64,000 nucleotides of DNA from the human T2T-CHM13v2.0 reference genome, Homo sapiens. Where the stretch lies: positions 13,920,001 through 13,984,000 of the forward strand of contig CP068257.2 of the NCBI GenBank assembly GCA_009914755.4, given 5' to 3'. The first letter of the stretch is position 1. Every line of letters starts with the position of its first letter. Made by a program: the position numbers and the translations under genes. Below, piece by piece: positions 63,989 through 64,000 of the stretch. The notes beneath the pieces were generated by a model. That model did not search any database. It was given only the letters and a program-made list of their open reading frames with translations, and was not told the DNA's origin.

Positions 63989-64000
63989 TTTTTATAACTA

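Overview
This 64 kb window reads as primate (human-type) nuclear DNA, not a prokaryotic locus. It is AT-rich and very dense in interspersed repeats: at least 15 Alu elements, L1 fragments of several ages and many microsatellites. Named SINE and LINE elements are checked against recalled consensus sequences rather than diagnosed by structure; the consensus match is partly from memory.

I found no convincing protein-coding exon. All six-frame ORFs of 60 aa or more fall inside Alu, L1 or endogenous-retrovirus sequence and are interrupted, so the window looks like a gene-poor intergenic or intronic region.

Main structures:
- **HERV-L provirus, about 6.6 kb (11962-18540, + strand).** It has paired roughly 455-bp LTRs (about 90% identical), a tRNA-Leu-like primer-binding site, gag/protease/RT/integrase remnants and a dUTPase-like ORF downstream of integrase, which is the ERV-L hallmark. 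Three further solo LTRs of the same superfamily are present, each with a microsatellite grown at the same homologous LTR position.
- **Old, nearly full-length L1 (about 42.9-50.1 kb, + strand).** It carries nested insertions: a MaLR LTR, an AluY with target-site duplications, and an ERVL-type solo LTR. Its 3' UTR contains a full-length U6 snRNA pseudogene (49722-49828).
- **Twin-priming L1 (32623-33990, - strand).** The inversion junction is at about 33637/33638, and an Alu sits in its A-tail.
- **5'-truncated L1 (29125-31935, + strand).** It inserted into one of two diverged copies of an unclassified LTR-like repeat.
- **Other repeats.** MaLR LTRs (MLT1-like and THE1/MST-like), MIR fragments, a MADE1-like mini-palindrome and several internal tandem duplications.

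Nothing here suggests a novel defence or biosynthetic system. The most interesting features are retroelement structural variants.
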